Made by a program: the position numbers and the translations under genes. Below, in pieces: positions 60,882-64,000 of a DNA stretch of 64,000 nucleotides. Position 1 is the stretch's first letter, and the number at the start of each line of letters is the position of its first letter. The notes below the pieces were generated by a model. It ran no database searches and had not been told where the DNA came from. It saw only the letters and a list, made by a program, of their open reading frames with translations. This DNA comes from an uncultured delta proteobacterium (lineage in GTDB: Bacteria; Desulfobacterota; BSN033; UBA1163), in contig CAWHBU010000003.1 of NCBI GenBank assembly GCA_963827685.1, forward strand, positions 448,001 through 512,000, written 5' to 3'.

Positions 60882-62687
60882 TTATCCTCCTTTTTTCTCA
60901 AGGGATACCGTGCGCTGCCGTCGCCAGCCAGTAACAGCCTTGTCGTATGGAGGGATTTTGACACGTTTACCTTTCCACCGTTTGGCTGGTTCAGGATCGT
61001 CGCTCTTCGGTCGTGGTTCGACAAGAGGCAGCCTTATCCGGCTTGGGATCTGGACCGCTTCGCCCAATACAAGGGCTTCACCTGTGCGCAATGCTGGAAG
61101 AAGATCTATCAAACCAGCAAGTGCATCAGGCACTGTGGACCTAACCCGGCCTTGATCGTCCGGGTTAGAAAGGCGAAGGGCAAAAAAAGTACCGCACTGG
61201 GAAAGTATAGTTTCATCAAGTTCGGATGGACGCTGACTCACAACAATGGCACCAACCCCATATTTTCTGCCTTCTTTTAGGACCCGACGTACGGATTTCC
61301 CCGCATACCCAGAGACGAATTGGCCCGATCCACCTTTAGGTAAATAAGAATGGGCCTCCTCATAAATGATGAGAAGTGGACGTTGCCTGCCGATCGAGGG
61401 TAAATCCCGTCCCCAGAACATGCATTCGAAAAGTACTCGTGTCACAACGCCAACAACGAGATCTGTTACCTCAGGAGGGACACCGCCAAGATCAAGAACG
61501 GTGATGGGGTCCGCATGATTGATCCACTCTGAAAGTAAATCGTTGAGGTCTTTTTTCACTCCGTCAAATTGCCCTGGATTTAGCAAAAAATCAAATCTTC
61601 TGTCCCTCAAGCGCCCCAGGACTTTGTTCAAGTATGATGCTAGTCCAACAGCCTTCTGGGTTTTGAATGGCGACGAAGCACCAGCTCCGGGTGGTTCAAA
61701 CTGAGGTGGAATCGCATCTTGTGCGCTTCCCGTCAGTTCCCTGCCATTCTTGTCCTTCTTGAATGCTATAGTGGTCCAATCGTCTTTCAGTCTGAGAGTA
61801 GCATGCTCTGCGGTATAGAATTCGTACCACATTGCTCTAAGGTCGAATGGAACTGGTGAATCAACTGTTATATCGTTTGTATTAATCGAACACGCCTTTA
61901 AATTTGCACAGGATCCGCGTTTGAGCTCAAATATGCGGTCTCTGAGTATTATGTCTTGCTGGCTTTCCGATGCTGTGCGTCTATCCACCAGGAACCAGCC
62001 AAGCTCATCAAAGGATAGAGCCCAGAATGGTATGAGTAAAGGATCCTTTGCGTCACCTATCGAGAAAACGCGCGCCTGCCCCTTAAGTGCGGCACCATAT
62101 TCCCCATGAGGATCGATCACCACCACCTGCGCGCTCGGGAAAACACCGCTGGTTATCGCTTTCAAGAAAGCAGCTACTGTATTAGATTTGCCGCTTCCAG
62201 TAGAACCAAGGATTGCCATATGTCTAGTCACGACTTTGTCCAGATCTATGGTTGCAGGCAGGCTTTCTGATGCGGCATGAGTTCCTATTTGTATCATAGA
62301 GGGAGAGAGCGAACCATATATTAGTGCGATATCCTCTTCCGTAACGACATGAACTTCGTCGTCTAGAGTTGGAAACACGCTTATACCACGTTGGAACCCC
62401 TCCTGACCATACGCCTCACCAACAAGTTGAACCTCTATCCACCTTTGCCCGGGTGGCGGAACAAACTCAAGTTCATCTGGTGGTGATTCCGAAGCTCCGA
62501 CCATTGAGACAACTCCGTATAAATTTAAAAAACCCAAGGGTATTCTAACAAATGAACCGACCTGCCCTAGCCTATAGACTCTTCCATGAATAATGGGGGA
62601 AACCGACATCTCAGATGAGATTCCAACAAAAACTTTGGCCCCCACTACACGGCGAACCGAACCTAGAAAGGTAGGCTGTGTCTTCAT
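60882..62687 (-). CDS. herA: HerA-like ATPase (DUF87)
   Basis: HAS-barrel-like N-terminus, RHMAILGSTGSGKS, IDPHGEY, EEAH, KEGRKYG, VSQRPSE. Confidence 0.92.
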   Translation of the reverse strand: MKTQPTFLGSVRRVVGAKVFVGISSEMSVSPIIHGRVYRLGQVGSFVRIPLGFLNLYGVVSMVGASESPPDELEFVPPPGQRWIEVQLVGEAYGQEGFQRGISVFPTLDDEVHVVTEEDIALIYGSLSPSMIQIGTHAASESLPATIDLDKVVTRHMAILGSTGSGKSNTVAAFLKAITSGVFPSAQVVVIDPHGEYGAALKGQARVFSIGDAKDPLLIPFWALSFDELGWFLVDRRTASESQQDIILRDRIFELKRGSCANLKACSINTNDITVDSPVPFDLRAMWYEFYTAEHATLRLKDDWTTIAFKKDKNGRELTGSAQDAIPPQFEPPGAGASSPFKTQKAVGLASYLNKVLGRLRDRRFDFLLNPGQFDGVKKDLNDLLSEWINHADPITVLDLGGVPPEVTDLVVGVVTRVLFECMFWGRDLPSIGRQRPLLIIYEEAHSYLPKGGSGQFVSGYAGKSVRRVLKEGRKYGVGAIVVSQRPSELDETILSQCGTFFALRLSNPDDQGRVRSTVPDALAGLIDLLPALRTGEALVLGEAVQIPSRIRLPLVEPRPKSDDPEPAKRWKGKRVKIPPYDKAVTGWRRQRTVSLEKKGG

Positions 62688-63928
62688 GTTTTTGAACCCC
62701 TTTGAATAGTCTCGGCAGACTCCTTGCTTATAGTGGTGGGAGAGACAGCAGCTTCCAGAACTGGACGGAACCCGATGAATAGCTCAAGAAAAGACGCAAA
62801 ATTGTTAAAGTCACCGAGAGTAAATTGTTTTCGGCTATCATCCCAGAAGGGCCAAATTTCTTCTTCTTTCTTTGCTCTGCTGGGTCCACCCCATGAGCCT
62901 ACAAGACCACCGATGCATGCCCTATCCGTACCATACACAGCAAAGTTTCGAAGTTCTTGGCCTAGCCGTATAAGATTCTCTTGTGGAGCAGAATGGCAGA
63001 ACACTGTGACGGCCAAATCGGGGTTTGAGCGAAGACCCTGAAAAATAATTTCATTGAGGTGTTGGTCACCGAAGCTATAACCAATTACAACCATAAGACA
63101 TGAGCTATAGGAAACAAACCTCCGGAGACGGTCTTGAAATGTAAGAAAAGGTAGTTTACGTGACTGTGTGTACTTCTCGCGGGATGGAAATATTACGAGT
63201 TCGCTCCCAACCGGAGTATTAGAACCAGAACTTCGAGATATCCTTGTCGGATTCCCATTTTGAGAATCAGAGATGTACCAATTAATAGATCCATGGAGTT
63301 TCCACAGCCGAGTCCAAGTTTTCGGTGGGTAGACAGATTGGGAATGCTTGGATGGCTCGGCTTCAACTGACTCAGGTACGAAGAACGGAGTGACGGACCC
63401 TATAAAGCCATCGAAAAAAGGTACAGAGAAGTTTTCCATCGACTTCTCTAATAAGAGGTCATAGTTTGTTGTGAAAAGCTCCACTGGCCAGTCACGATGA
63501 CTTCGAAGCTGTTGCAACCACTGTGCAAAAATGGCATGTGGTATCGGCTCTTGTGGGGAGGTATCATCTACGATGCGACGCATAGCTTGACAAATCTGTT
63601 TGTCGAGCTCTCTGGCAGCTTTAGCCCCAATGAGGCATCCGTACTGTCTATCTTCATTGTTTCCAAAAAGTTCACGGCAAATGCGAATATGGTCAAGAAT
63701 ATTCTCAACATTGGGATTCTTTATTCCCAACTCGGCTTTGACTTTCGAGAATTGTGTTTTGAATGGGTCGACAAGATGTCCCTCAACCCGTTCCGTTAAT
63801 TTTGTAATTCCAGGCAACCCAACTGCCATAGACGTGCCGGCGCCGAGGAAAAATGCTAATCTCCTTTCAGCAGGCGCTAGTTGCTCTCGTAGCTCATAAG
63901 CTTCGCGTAGCGGGTCATGAGAAGCCAT
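62684..63928 (-). CDS. SIR2-like (SIR2_2) NADase, Sir2-HerA defence partner
   Basis: FFLGAGTS, FTTNYD, KLHGSINW, IGYSFGDQH; 4-bp overlap with herA. Confidence 0.92.
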   Translation of the reverse strand: MASHDPLREAYELREQLAPAERRLAFFLGAGTSMAVGLPGITKLTERVEGHLVDPFKTQFSKVKAELGIKNPNVENILDHIRICRELFGNNEDRQYGCLIGAKAARELDKQICQAMRRIVDDTSPQEPIPHAIFAQWLQQLRSHRDWPVELFTTNYDLLLEKSMENFSVPFFDGFIGSVTPFFVPESVEAEPSKHSQSVYPPKTWTRLWKLHGSINWYISDSQNGNPTRISRSSGSNTPVGSELVIFPSREKYTQSRKLPFLTFQDRLRRFVSYSSCLMVVIGYSFGDQHLNEIIFQGLRSNPDLAVTVFCHSAPQENLIRLGQELRNFAVYGTDRACIGGLVGSWGGPSRAKKEEEIWPFWDDSRKQFTLGDFNNFASFLELFIGFRPVLEAAVSPTTISKESAETIQRGSKT

Positions 63929-64000
63929 TAGACAAAGACCTCCTTTTTCTATTGTCAAAATTCAAACCGGATTTATATTCCCAAAGGGACGAGTCCGTAG

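Noticed and set aside
1-64000. tRNA/rRNA genes
   Set aside because: No cloverleaf or rRNA-like sequence was recognised by eye.

Overview
This is a mosaic accessory region; its gene and repeat styles suggest a Desulfobacterota (deltaproteobacterial) genome, which is an inference. It starts with a partial NTPase+TPR gene and an intact comM/yifB gene. The last ~20 codons of comM recur four more times downstream (14.8, 15.4, 37.3, 49.9 kb) as synonymously recoded direct repeats, which points to serial integration into the comM 3' end. The first interval holds an unusual 7-gene biosynthetic operon: B12-radical SAM, homocitrate/IPM-synthase-like, LeuC/LeuD-like, FAD oxidoreductase, LuxE, LuxC and U32. 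The middle holds a PAS/GAF kinase-response regulator-HD-GYP locus, tatA/B, transporters, lemA/TPM genes, cspA flanked by two copies of a structured RNA-like motif, three TA modules, two IS3 copies in homologous target sites, and an IS110. From 50.4 to 60.4 kb, seven copies of a hairpin-forming repeat separate unrelated cargo blocks (one carrying an IS630), and genes are cut off at two of them. The window ends with a Sir2-HerA defence pair plus KTSC. No intact integrase is visible. Several homopolymer frameshifts may be assembly errors. All calls come from reading motifs by eye; no database searches were run.
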